Shown here: positions 51,847 through 64,000 of the stretch, in pieces
How positions within the stretch are numbered: position 1 is the stretch's first letter
Layout of the letters: the number at the start of each line of letters is the position of its first letter
NCBI GenBank assembly: GCA_016748015.1
Contig: JAAOMT010000553.1
Span: forward strand, 214,923 to 278,922
Length of the DNA: 64,000 nt
Origin: Geosiphon pyriformis uo1
Lineage: Eukaryota; Fungi; Glomeromycota
Direction: 5' to 3'
The notes under the pieces: model-generated
Seen by the model: the letters and a program-made list of their open reading frames with translations, nothing else
What the model was told of the DNA's origin: nothing
The model's database searches: none
Made by a program: the position numbers and the translations under genes

Positions 51847-54800
51847 ATGATTAACATATACAATTGGATGTTCTCTGTTGTTTGGTCCTATTTGAGACAG
51901 AACTATTCTTAATGTATTCTTTGAGGCATCTGTTGCAATTATAAATTTTTTGTTGAAGTTAGGATAGATCAAAATTGGCACTGTAATTAATCATTGCTTA
52001 AGGTAATTGAATGTTTTTTGTTATTTTTTTTTTTAGAGGTATGATATGTGTTTTAACAGTAAGTAATAAAGAGGTTTGGTAATATCTGAGAATTTTTTAA
52101 TGAACCAATAATAGTATCCAGCAGTCTTAAGAATCTTCTTAGTTTTTATAAGTTAGTTAGGACTGAAAAATCTCTGACTTTTTGTATTTTGTCTGAATCG
52201 GGTTTAACTTCATTTTTGTTGATTAAATGTCTTAAAAATTTCAGTTTTTTTTTTTAAAGAAGCATTTATTAGAGTTAAGTTTTAGCCTTGCACCTTAAAA
52301 GCATTCAAAGATCTGTTAAAAATAGAGTAAATGGTCATTAAAAGTTTTGGAAAACACATTAGTATTGTTCAGATATACTATGACTAATTTTTACAGGATT
52401 CTTTTATATACAACATTTATTAGCTGCTAAAAAGTAACAGGGATATTGCAAAGTCTAAAATGCATCATGTTAAACTCAAAGTTTCCGTCTTGCATAGTGA
52501 ATGCTGTTTTTTTTTTGTCTTTTAGATCCATCTTGACTTGCCAATATTTACTGGTAAGGTCTAATGACAAGAACCATTTTTTATTTTCCAGATTGTCCAG
52601 GATTTTTTGAATGAGAGGAATAAGATAACTATTTTCTTAAGTAATATTATTTAGTTTCTAATAGTCTATGCAGAATCTTATCTTTCCATTTTTTTTTGTA
52701 ACTAATACAACTGAAGAGGACCAAGGGCTTAATAATTTTTTAATCAAACTATTGTTGAATATTTATTGTACTTTTTGCTTAATTAGATTATTGCTGAATA
52801 GAGATACTTGGTAGATCTGTTGTTTAATAGGTTAAGCATCTTTCATGTCAATCTGGTGCTTCATAATATCAGTATGTCTGAATTTATTTTCACTGGCAAA
52901 AACATTGGCAGATTGGTTCAGCAGAACTTTGAGTTGTATCTGCTGTAGTGTACTTAAGTTTCTCAAGTTTAGTTTGTTGATTTTTTTTGGTGTAAACAGA
53001 TAATTTTCCTTTGGCAGATCCCATACTTGTAAGATAATATCACAAAATAAGACTAATTGTGTGAAGTTTAAAATAGATTGAAGTCTTTCTGGATTTTGAA
53101 TGTCCAGAGATATGAAACTAACAAGAATTTCTTCTGAGATTTTGATGGTATCTTTTATGTAATTATAGATAGGGATCTTTAAATAGTTATAAGCTTTAAT
53201 TAATATATACAGATTGGCTACATCGGCTAGAGAACAGATCTTGGAGTTGGTTTCAAATAATATGACTTGATTCTAGATTTTTTGATTCACTTTAAGAATA
53301 TATTGTCTGTATGGGGGGATAGAAATGACTGTATTAGTGTAGATAAGTTCTACCTAATTATTGTTTTCTTCTATAAAATTAACTGGTATATTTTTTTTTT
53401 CACTTAATCTAAACTCATTGATTCTTTAGACAGTAAAACCCAATTCTTCTTGTGTTGTAATTGAAGTTAGTTGTGGTATTTTCACAAGAGATAAAAAGAT
53501 AGCTTGGACAATTTTCTTTTGTGATTCTATTTTATAGAATTTATTTGAATTGTTTTGTAGCATCACAATGATGTTTTCAATATAACCAGCATTAATAATT
53601 CCTCCTTTTACATTAATTTTTTCTTCATAAGACTAGACTTAGATGCTACTTGTACTATCATACTAATAGAAATTTCTAATACTATTTTAAGATTTATTGT
53701 TACAAAAGAGTATGAGGTTATTACTATGGGTAATTGTTTAGAGTATCTTAAATCAAAACCAGCATTAATATTATGTGCTTTTTCAGAACATATTCTTTTA
53801 TTGTTGTTACTGTATCACTTCAATTTTAATTCTTTAGAAAGATTGGGATATGCAAGATATTGTTTTATTTCAGTAGTTTCACTTAACTTTTAAAACAATA
53901 TATTCTTAATAGATAACTCATATTTTTTTTCGGGTTCTGTTAATTTTTCAATAAGATATAATATCTTTGGTGGTGGATTAAATAAGAAATCACACTTGTT
54001 ACAGTATTGAAAGTAACATGGGATTAGATAATAATTGCACAGCTTTATGTTAAGGTTAGCTAGTTTTTGTTCTTGTTCTTCTTAGATAGGAGCCAGTTTC
54101 TGGTATTGATTCTGAAATGCATCCAAGTTATTTATGAAGAAATTATCTATGACATAGTCAAATCTATTATATTTTGGTGTAAATAGGTTGTCCTTGATTT
54201 TCTATATTTCATAGAATGTAGCACCTTTAGCTTTTGCACTTGTCATTCTCCAGATTTTGTGCTTATTGTGTGGATAATCTTTTAATTATATCAGTGCTTA
54301 TCTTCAGATATCCTCAATTAGAGTTTTTTTTTATACCTAATTGTTGATCAAAATTGTGTATTAATAGGCTTTGTCATATGTTCCTTTTCTGCTAGGTACA
54401 TTATTCCAAAAATTTTTATCTGGCAGGATTTCTCTATATATAAGACATGATATATGATTCTATTTGTCTTGTTATTTTGGTTATTTAAATCTTTTTAATA
54501 CATAAGGTCTACAATAATATTTAGTAACAGTAGACCATTCTTTATTGTTTTCAACACATGTGCCCATAGAAAATAGTTTTTTTCCACAATTGACACAAAT
54601 TAGTTTTGAAGATCAATAGTTTTGGTGTTTCTGATTTGGGACTACTTCTACTGTTGCCATTAATTAAGGTTCTTCTTCTATTCTTTCTTTGTCTTTTTTT
54701 TCTCAACTAGGTGGTGGTGGTAACTCTGTTTTGTAATCATTAGTTCAGGAAACTTGATAGATTTTTAAGGTTGGCTGATTAGTAAGTTTTTCAAATTTGA

Positions 54801-56370
54801 TCAAGGGTTGTTCTGGGATTTCTATCCCAAAGTATTTACATGTGGCTGGTACTTTGGCATAGTGCTTGTTAAAAGTAATTTGAATTTTTTGAGTATTTTA
54901 GTCCAGTCTAATATGGGCTTTAGTTAATCAATTGTTTCTTACAAGGGTCTGGTATTGTGTGACTTCCATAACAAGGACTTTGGTAAATATTTGTATTCTA
55001 CTAATTTCAAAGGGAAAATTATTGATTTTTATAATAGGAGTTTTAGTGTTTCTGTTTGCTGTGATAATTTAGGCAATAGCTGCTTGATTTACTTGGTAAC
55101 CTAATTGGTCTATGAGTTGTTTTGTAATTATACTATCTGTGGATCCACTGTTAAGAATTAGTTTAATGTCTATGTTTCCAACTTTAACATTAATATATAT
55201 AGCCATTATTGGTTTGTCCTAATTGATGGTGGCTCCACTAAAAAAGTTGGTTGTTTTTAGACTGTCTATGTTAAATAAAAATATAGTAGCCAAAGTTGTG
55301 TTCTTCATAATGATGACAGGTGGAATAGTGGTAGTAGTTAAGATTTAAAAAGTTTGTCTATATTCTTTTCTTTTAAAAGTGTAGTATTACCAAAATTTGG
55401 AGTTTTTGTGAGACCAAGATATAAGACTTGATTGGAATATTTGGTTGGCATTGGTTGGAGTGTTATGTTATTACAATTGTTTGGTCAGAATGACCCACTA
55501 ATAGATTGTGATTGATTCTCACTAATGTTTTACCATTCTTGATTGTAGTCAATTGCTTGTGGTTTTGGTTGACTATATATGGAGTTTTGGTATTAAGGTG
55601 CTGATTGAGTTATTGCTGGTAGTGGCTAATAGTAATTTTGAGACATTTGTTGTGAGTATTGTGACAGTTGATATTGAAAAACTAAGTATTGTGGTCTTAT
55701 AGCTTGAGAATATCTTGGTTGTTAGTAATATTGATTTCTTCTGTTTTAGTTTGTTACTTTCTTTTAGCAATCTCAGACAATATGTTTGGGTTTCTAACAG
55801 TAGTAACAGTTGTGGAGATTTGATCTTTAAAGTTGTTGTTGTTGTTAATGGGTCTGTTGTGATAAGTATCTATTATTGTTGTCTCTTTGTTGAAATGGCT
55901 AATAAGTTCCTGTGATATTAGTTAAAAATTCCTCAATTTTCTGAGTTAATTTCTCACTTAATTGGATAAGCTTTTCATTAATATTGGGAGTTCTGTTGAT
56001 GGCCAAATTAATGGCTTAAGTGTAGTTGGCTTTTTGTTCTACTGATTTGAAGTTGTAAGCAAGAAAGACTGTTTCTTGTAAATTTGTTAGGTGCCAGAGT
56101 CTTACTAATTGTAGGATGTTACTTTTTAATCTTTTGATGAATTGGTTGAAAATTTGTCTAGGTGTATAATAGTTCCTTTCAATTGTTTGAACCTGTCAAA
56201 AAATTTGATTAAATTGTCTAAAATAAGTTGTTACAGTTTTATGATTTTTTTGTTTTATTATGCTGAACTGATTTTGTAATCTGATAAGTATATTAAGGTT
56301 ACAAAAATATTGCAAAAAAGCAAGTTTGAAAGCAGCAAAGTCAGTTGGTTTCTTTTTGAAACTTTGGTAC

Positions 56371-57047
56371 TGTTACAGATTAGAATAACAAGCTAACAGA
56401 TAGCAAGGAAGAACAAGATTGTAAGGTAATGAAAAGAATTAAAAGAAATTCAACTTCAAAGAGCAAATTAAATAAGTATGGATTCAATATACAAGATCAG
56501 TCTTATAAAATATCTCAGTTATTATACTTTTCAAAAGATAACTGGGAAATCTGAAGGTAGAAGGATAGTCCATACTGTCAACAAATAATCACACACTAGT
56601 ATAATTCTATGCTTTATGTTAATGCTTTTAGAATTCAATATCAAATATCAGATGTACTCTTTAGTCACATTTATTTAATAATCTTTAAATACTGCAATTA
56701 CACATTTCAGGAAAAAAGTAAAAAATAACCAACAAGTAATTTTTTATCCCAAAATGTTTAGATACTTAAAAATAGGGAAAAAAAATTAGTGATAAGAGAA
56801 TGATTGAGATGAAAGTTGTTATTTTATTTATTTTTTTTCTTTGATTCTTACATATTTTTTTATAGCTAAAAAATTTATTACTTATATAGCTATCAAAAGT
56901 GGTCAATGATTAAGTCAATGATCAGGTTAATAATCAGGTTAATAGTCAGGTTAATGATCACTATCTAAAAATAAGATGGCTAATTATGTGACATCAGTGG
57001 CTAATACATATGATAATTAATAAGAAGTATAGATTTCAACTATAACA
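56371..57047. repeat. Solo LTR of a further family (677 bp) in gag of element F
   Basis: TGTTA...TAACA; TSD GTAC/GTAT; splits the D-S-W-Y-Q-S codons; internal GTCAATGATCAG-like repeats. Confidence 0.88.
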
Positions 57048-59166
57048 GTATCATGAATCTGTCATTCTCATCAAAAAGAAAGACAACACTTGAATTGTTC
57101 TGTTATCATCCCAATTGTTAACAGTAATTGCTTTCTTGGCTTCCACAATCCAAGAATATGTGTTATCTTTTTTTCTAGAAAATTTCTCAAGCCTAGTAAT
57201 ATTTTGGTAAGCCATGATCTGGTTAATAGGTAGAGTATTATTGATTAATGATAAGAAAATTGTAGGCCATATAATGAAATGTTTTTCTGGCACTAATTCT
57301 GATTGTTTTTCTTTGTTAATTTTCTTAATGGGCTGGAGGATAGCTGTTTTTTCAAAGAGAATAGTTGATAATTTAGTTAAGAATTAGATTGATAATAATT
57401 TCTATGTCAACATATTTCTATCTGTTTTATTGATTGTTAGGGTAAAGTTCCCGAATAATAATTTATATTCTCTTAAGGATTTAGTTCAATAATTATTATG
57501 GCCCTAAAGGTATAAAATTTCTGGAGTTTTGGGTGTTTTTGCTTGTTTTTCTGTGAGTAGATTGAGTACAATTCTACTCTTTAGTGTTTGATAGTATGAT
57601 GGAATTGTTAAAAAAAAGAATCTTGGTTTCTTGTTGACTGTGAATTGAGTTTGTTTTTATGTGGCTGTTGTGCTATCAGATTCAAACTCCTATTCTTTAG
57701 AGTCAAGCCTTGTTGATTGTTTTATTTGAGAGTAGTATTTTTTTACATAGTACTTGATGTCTTTGATAGTTTTTTTTCAGTAAGCTTGTTTGGTATATCA
57801 GTGTTATTAATTTTTGAAGATCTTTTAATTGTTATGAATTTTACTTGTGAAGTTCTTTGGTTATAAGGCACAAAGTTTTTACTTTTGTGCTTTGCAACTT
57901 TTTGTTGTAAATATAAGCTATCTTTTTCGAGCTAATAAGTGTAGTTATTAAGATCTGGCAGTGTCTTTTCACTCTTCTGGTAAGCTATCAAGATAATGTT
58001 AATATCTAAATTTAAGAGGAGCCTCTCTTTTTTACCAGACTATCACAAAGTCTATTTCTAGGCAGTTGATTTTCTTATGTTGCTACTCCACAAAAAAAAA
58101 TAAAATAAAATAAAATAAAAAAAAAGAAAAGAAAGATAATAAAATAAAATAAAAGAAGATAAATTAGTATCATTAATCACTATAATCTAAAACAATTGGT
58201 CTAGATTGTTAAGATTCAAGATATTTATGCTAAAAGCATCTCTTTTGGAACAAAAGTATAACACAAAAATTAATTCAATTCAAACACAAGATAATTGATG
58301 ACCATGTATTAATAATTTTATGTTTTTTTAAGTAAGTTTTTTTTTTTTGTAAGATGTAATAATTATAAGAAAAAAAAATTGATTCTTGTCTGGCTGTCTT
58401 TCTAACTTTTACAGTTACTTGTTTTTATACATTTTTTTGTTTTATAGAATTGTTTTTGATTGCATTGTTATTTCTGTTATCACTTTATTTTTCTATATTA
58501 TTGCTAGTTATACTATATTATAACATGTTATCCTATGTTATTATGCATTATATTATGTTATAACACGTTATCTTATGTTATTATGTGTTATACTATATTA
58601 TAATACATTATTCTATATTATTACATATTATCCTGTATTTTTTTATGTTATCCTATGTTATTTTATGTCATTATGTTTTTGGTTATGTTTTCTCTATAAC
58701 TTTGAATTGGTTTTCTTATTTGAGTAACAATGTTTTATTAATTTGTACTAAAACTTGTTCTAAGAAAGATAATTTTAAAGTAAGCTTGTTATTCTCTGTT
58801 AAGATTATTATTCTGTAGTAAAATATATTTTTTTGAAAAAAAAAGCTTTTTTTTTATACAATTTATTATAGTACTAATCTTTAAACTTGTATTTTTTTTT
58901 GCTATTATTTCAATAAACTAAAGATATATTTTAATAAACTATAAATTATTTCTATAAACTATAAATTATTTAGGTAAACTATTAAATTAATTTACAAAAT
59001 TTTACAAATTTTAGTAAATTTTTGAATGTTATAGAGTTTAAAATATTATATGATTTGATTATTATTTTTGTATATTATATAAATTAGATTATAATATATG
59101 CTAATTAATAATAGAAATTATAAAAATAATTTTATGTTAATTACTAATTAAATTCTATTGATAATA

Positions 59167-59560
59167 CTATTTATTAAAAATATCTATTTGTATTTATAAT
59201 TTTATATTATAGCAATAAGTAATCAAAAGCATATTTATATTAATATTACAAAAACATTGTAACTTTATAATCTTATTAATAACTAAAAGCTACAATTTAA
59301 TATTGTTTGTTGTATTACAAGCAAAAAATATAATAATCCAATTTTTATTATACTTAATATTAAAAGTAAGTCTTATTTTTAAAGTTGCATTTAGTAATAT
59401 TCTAAAAAACAATATTATTTTATTAGTATTGTAAATATTGTTTAAATTATATTTGCTAATAATTTTGTGTAGTTGTTTTTGTTTTTTTGATAAAATTTTA
59501 AAGAAGTATTATTTGTTTTATCATTATTATGGTTTAAAAATTTAACAAAAAAATCATAAA
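59167..59560 (-). mobile_element. pogo/Tigger-type transposon copy 3, 5' part of the DDE domain
   Basis: YNLNNIYNTNKIILFFRILLN (decayed YDLDDIYNADETxLFFRMLP), ACNTTNNIKL*LLVINK (CNAxGxxKLxPLVIGK), IDIFNK*. Confidence 0.78.
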
Positions 59561-60339
59561 ATAATATAAATTATTTAATCATAATATAGCATAGTAATAA
59601 TCTTAGAAAAATAATAATTAACATAATAGTAAATACTATTTCATAATAGTAACAAGCATCAATTTGCAATAATAATCAATACCAACTAATAATAATAGCA
59701 AATACTAAGTTGAAATATTAAAAAGAAAGTATTATAATGTATTTTTTTGTAGAATTACAAATATGTATATATACAATAGCTTTAATATTAAGAAAAACAA
59801 CAAGTTATAAAATAAGTTTATCTAACAGTTTTTATTTTAATTATCTTTTAATTTTTATTTTTAAAATAAATATCTAAAGAAACCTTTAATCAAAAAAATA
59901 TTGAAAACTAAATTATCACAATTTAAAATATTAAAAAACTTACTTATATTATTTATTAAATAAACTATTATTTATTAGCTAAATCTTTTGAAAAAATAAT
60001 AGCTAATTAAGATTATTTATATTGTTACTAATTAATAAAAGTTTTATTGTAAAAATTAGAAAAAATACTAAAAACCATTAATATTTTGTGTTTTTAAATT
60101 AGAAAAACACATTAGACAATTGCAAAGATTGTTTTAAAAAAGACTACAAACAATAAGTAGATTTTAGTTTAGCCTTTAAAAAAGAATACTTAAATATATA
60201 CAACAATTAAAAATTAAAAAATAACTTAAAAAAAAAAGCTTTCAATATAAACAGTAATATTATTACACAAATAGAATTAAAAAACTTATAAGAGACTAAT
60301 TGTAATTAAAATAAGATATTAATATTTAATATATTAAGA

Positions 60340-60900
60340 AAACTATTTCATAATACTATATATCTTAATACAATACAAATTATGCTATTTTTTAAACTTT
60401 TTTAACCAATTTTTTAATGCTTTAAAGTTATTTTTTTCCAGAAACTTTTGAACAAACTTGAATGTTTTTATTTGTAAAAATTTTTTAATAAGAATACAAT
60501 TAATAACTAATGCTTTAAAAATTTATTTTTTTAATACATTATTATTTTTAAAAACATTTTTTTTCTGTTCTTTGTCAATTAACTAGAGTTATTAAAAATT
60601 TTTTTTTAATTTATTAGTTTGATTTTATAAATATTTTTGTTATAGTAAAGCAATTAATTTTTAGATTAAATATTTCTATTAATTTGTTTGTTAAATAATA
60701 AAAATGCTTTAATTTGTACTAACAGAAAATTTTTTTAGTTTGATTTTATAAATATTTTTGTTATAGTAAAGCAATTAATTTTTAGATTAAATATTTCTAT
60801 TAATTTGTTTGTTAAATAGTAAAAATGCTTTAATTTGTACTAACAGAAAATTTTTTTAGTCTCTAAAAAGACTGTTGCTTGTTTTTAGTTTATATTTTTT
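60340..60900 (-). mobile_element. pogo/Tigger-type transposase HTH relic, copy 4
   Basis: NFKALKNWLKKFKK*HNL, decayed FKASxGWLxKFKKRHNL; extent uncertain. Confidence 0.65.
60614..60860. repeat. 121-bp tandem duplication
   Basis: Two adjacent copies with one visible substitution (AATAAT vs AATAGT). Confidence 0.92.
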
Positions 60901-61719
60901 AGCATATTTATAAAAACAAAGCAATAGTTTTTGGCTTATACACTTTTTATTGTATTGCTTTTATAATATATTAATATATCTGTTGTGTCTCAAATGTTAT
61001 TTTGTTTTAAATATTATCTAAAACACTTTATATTTAATTAAATATATAAGATATTAAATTATAAAAAGTGTTTCAAATTATAAAAATGGAAGTTTTAATT
61101 TAATATATTTATTATTTTATAATTAAAATCACATTATATTTTTTTATTACTTATAGTATATTTGAATTTATATGATTATATTTTTTAATAACAAATTAAT
61201 TTTATTATTTTTTATTATCAATCTATTTTGAATTATTGTCTTTTTAAAATATATTATAGCTTAATAAATTAATAATAACAATTAAGTTTTGTAATACTTT
61301 ATTAATAATAAAAAGCTTATTTCAATATTATTTTTGTAAATAAAACCATATAAATTATAAAATTTCAAATACAGAAAACAACAAATTCTTAGTAAAAAAA
61401 ACTTAATTTTGATAATACATTTACAATACTTTTTGTCTATTGCTTACTTTTATTTACAATTAATAATCAATAATAAAGACTGTTAATTTAATTTTTTGTA
61501 TACTTGTATAATTAAATAAAAGATAATACAATATTATATTGTCAAGCTTTTTAAATACAAAAATATTTATATTAATTATGTAAACACTATAGTTAATAGA
61601 AGTAATTACTAATTTATTTTTCTACTTTAAAAATACTTACTAATATGTTTTATGAATTTATTAATTATTATATTGTTTATAATCTTAATAAATTTTATTC
61701 ACAAAATTGATAATATAAT

Positions 61720-62070
61720 AATTAACATAATAATAATATTCAAATTTACTTACTTCTAAATAGTCTTAATAATTAATATGACAATAATAATTAGATTTAC
61801 TTATTTTTAAATAGTCTTAACAAATAACATAGCAATAATAATTCAGTTTACTTATTTTCTAATAGTTTTAACAATTAATGTAATAATAATAATTAGATTT
61901 ACTTACTTTTGGATAATTTTAATAATTAATAGCAATAATATTTATTTTACTTATCTTTAAATAATTACAATAATTAACATAAATATACTAATTAAATTTA
62001 CTTATTTTTAAATAATTATAGTAATTAATATAATAATAATAATCAGATTTATTTATTTTTGAATAATTTA
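61720..62070. repeat. Minisatellite, unit about 51 bp, about 7 copies
   Basis: AATTAAxAT..CAATAATAATTAGATTTACTTATTTTTAAATAGTCTTAAC-like units. Confidence 0.85.
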
Positions 62071-64000
62071 AAAAATCAAAAAAACTTCTTTCTCTCTTAC
62101 TTCCTAAAATCCTCAAAAAGACACATTTCTAAAAAAAAAGTTTTTTGTTTTTTCTTGTTAAATCTTTCAACATTTCTTTAAATAATCCTTTCGTCATGGA
62201 TTTGAAGACTGCTTTGTGCAGTGATATGTCCAAAAAGAAGGTGCCCAAAGGTGCTTTCTATGGTCTTGCTGGTGGTTTTTTTGCTCAGAAAAAAAAGGTG
62301 GTTCTTGGGAATATTAAACACTCTGGTGATGAGAAGGATATCTCTTTGAGTAAATCTGGGTCTGGTGATAGTGTGTATTCTGATGTGGATAGTATATCTG
62401 GTGATGATGAGGATGTTGGCATGTCTGGTATAAGTGAGAGGTCTCCGTTGGGCTCAGCTGCCACTACTCCCAAAGCAAAACGTGTTAACACTAATACAAT
62501 ATTCGGCTCTCCACTTGGTTCTCCTAATTTTGCTATGGATGATAATGAAATTGTGCTTCTTTCTTGCTTGCCTATCTCTCTGAAAAAAAAGTGGATCAAT
62601 CCAAAAATTATTAAGACTTTTGTGGAAGTATCAATCAAAAAATCCTTTGTATTGGATATTGATCTCTCAGCTGTAGAGGGTAATTCAGCAATGGCAAAGA
62701 CCTGGCTAATTAGGAAAATTTTTTCTTTGGTTAATGGTTTTGGGAGGACCACTACCCCTTTAAAATTTGAAGGGATCATCAAATCTACCTTTACATTAGA
62801 GGAAAGCATGAAAAAGACCATGTTATTAGCCAGGGAAAAAGGGATTATCGTAAACACTGATCTCATGAAATCAGGAGTACGTTCAGATTGAGCTGTGGTG
62901 ATCAAAAAAATTCTCATGGATACCCCGAAGGAAATGATTGTTACCGTAGTTGCCAAGTTTGGAGAAATCAAGTCGATCAAGATTCAGTTAATTGGCATGT
63001 GGCAGAAGACTGTGGTGGAGTTTGCTGAATCGAGTCAAGCAGATCAGTTAGTGTCAAGATGGTCATTCTTAATCAGGAAAGATTCAGTGCATGTGGCCAA
63101 AGCCGTGGGAGATCAAGATATCTGGGCCTCTAGGGATCATTTTAGGGCACTTCTGTTTACATTGCCAGTGGGAACAACAGTGCATGATCTTAGTAATCTT
63201 TTGGATAGGGTTGATAGCAAAACTTGTATCATTAATCGTTCATTGGACACTGGTAATAGAATTCATTGTGCTGTGGTTGGCTTCGAATCTAAGAATAATC
63301 TGAATTCTGCTTTTCTTACTGAGTCTGTTTTTGGTGGTGTTCGACTCTCATGGGCTAGATTTGATGTGATTCGGTGTGGAAAATGTGGGCGTCTTGGTCA
63401 TTTAGCTCTTGAGTGTGATGCTTCGAATGTATCGTCTCTTGTGCCCTTATCTTCATTTAAAAAGCCTGTCTCCAATACCAATCGCCTCCAGCTAGCCAAA
63501 CTGTACGCAAGGAAAAATGTTTCTATCTCTTACTCTGCTGCTTTTGGTGGCAAGTCATGGGCCCAAGTGGTGTCTTTTGCTCCCCCTTCTGGTGGTTCCT
63601 CTTCTGGTTCTGGTTTTGATTCTAGTGTCTTCTCTTTTGGTGTCCCTGGTCTAGGTGGTGGTGGTCCTTTACTTCCAAATGATGATTATTTGTTGAGTGC
63701 TTGTTTGGCATCTTTGGAACATTCCTTGGGGCTCCTACATGATCAGGTTTCTCGTATTGTGCACAAACTTAGTGGCGTGAATTTGGTGCCTTTGGCCCCC
63801 CCTCCTTCTTCTTCTGGTGTTTTGGCTGTCCCAGTAGCTGCTAATATTGATATGATTTTGGATGCTACTCCGACTGTTCCTGTGGTGACATCTTCACTTC
63901 CTTCTGTTGGTTCAAATTTGGGTTCAAGTAGTTCAAAGGTTTTGACCTCTAAGGTGAGTTCTTTAGAATTCAAGCTGGTGGCTCTCAACACCTCTGTTGG
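62071..64000 (+). mobile_element. LINE 5' end (5' UTR and ORF1), runs off the window
   Basis: Abrupt GC rise followed by ORF1. Confidence 0.85.
62196..64000 (+). pseudogene. LINE ORF1 (RRM-like domains and CCHC knuckle) with an in-frame TGA at 62889-62891
   Basis: MDLKTALCSD..; after the stop AVVIKKI..KFGEIKSIKI..VVEF (RRM-like), then LLFTLP..VVGF and CGKCGRLGHLALEC. Confidence 0.85.

Larger units (their letters stand above)
47495..58729 (-). mobile_element. Element F: near-complete B-type Ty3/Gypsy carrying two solo LTRs
   Basis: 3' LTR 47495-48502, PPT, ORF3 about 48520-49300, IN about 49340-50700, RH/RT about 50750-52900, dUTPase about 53400-53820, PR about 54830-55250, gag to about 57760, 5' LTR about 57763-58729; TSD ATAT/ATGT. 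Confidence 0.93.
41192..59166 (-). repeat. Old C-type solo LTR split into 41192-41635, 47422-47494 and 58730-59166 by elements E and F
   Basis: The three pieces align in order with 14120-15121; TSD CCAT/CTAT. Confidence 0.85.

Noticed and set aside
62285-62980. 231-aa antisense ORF (also 63743-63991)
   Set aside because: Shadow frame of LINE ORF1; no recognisable motif
1-64000. Alternative genetic code explaining the many in-frame stops
   Set aside because: All three stop codons occur, at different positions in different copies and alongside frameshifts, which fits mutational decay

Overview
This AT-rich eukaryotic window is almost entirely decayed transposable elements. I found no host gene, RNA gene or CRISPR array. 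The Gag and LINE ORF1 sequences resemble, from memory and unverified, repeats of Glomeromycotina fungi such as Geosiphon. Most of the window is nested Ty3/Gypsy LTR retrotransposons from three diverged LTR families: A-type (elements A, D, E), B-type (B, F, G) and C-type (C), plus several solo LTRs. All have TGTTA...TAACA ends. Where both flanks survive, 4-bp target-site duplications (TSDs) are present, except for element C. The families share an unusual layout: a Gag frame extending back across the primer-binding site (PBS) into the LTR, then protease, a Cys-rich insert, dUTPase, a possible degenerate second dUTPase-like block, RT, RNase H, integrase, and a conserved non-env ORF before the polypurine tract (PPT). 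Each family also carries an anti-PBS inverted repeat in U5. The very AT-rich stretches hide four pogo/Tigger-type transposase relics that are readable only after undoing C>T/G>A changes. RNase H-bearing LINE fragments, a LINE ORF1 running off the right edge, two minisatellites and one N gap complete the window. LTR and TSD boundaries were read base by base; domain boundaries are approximate.
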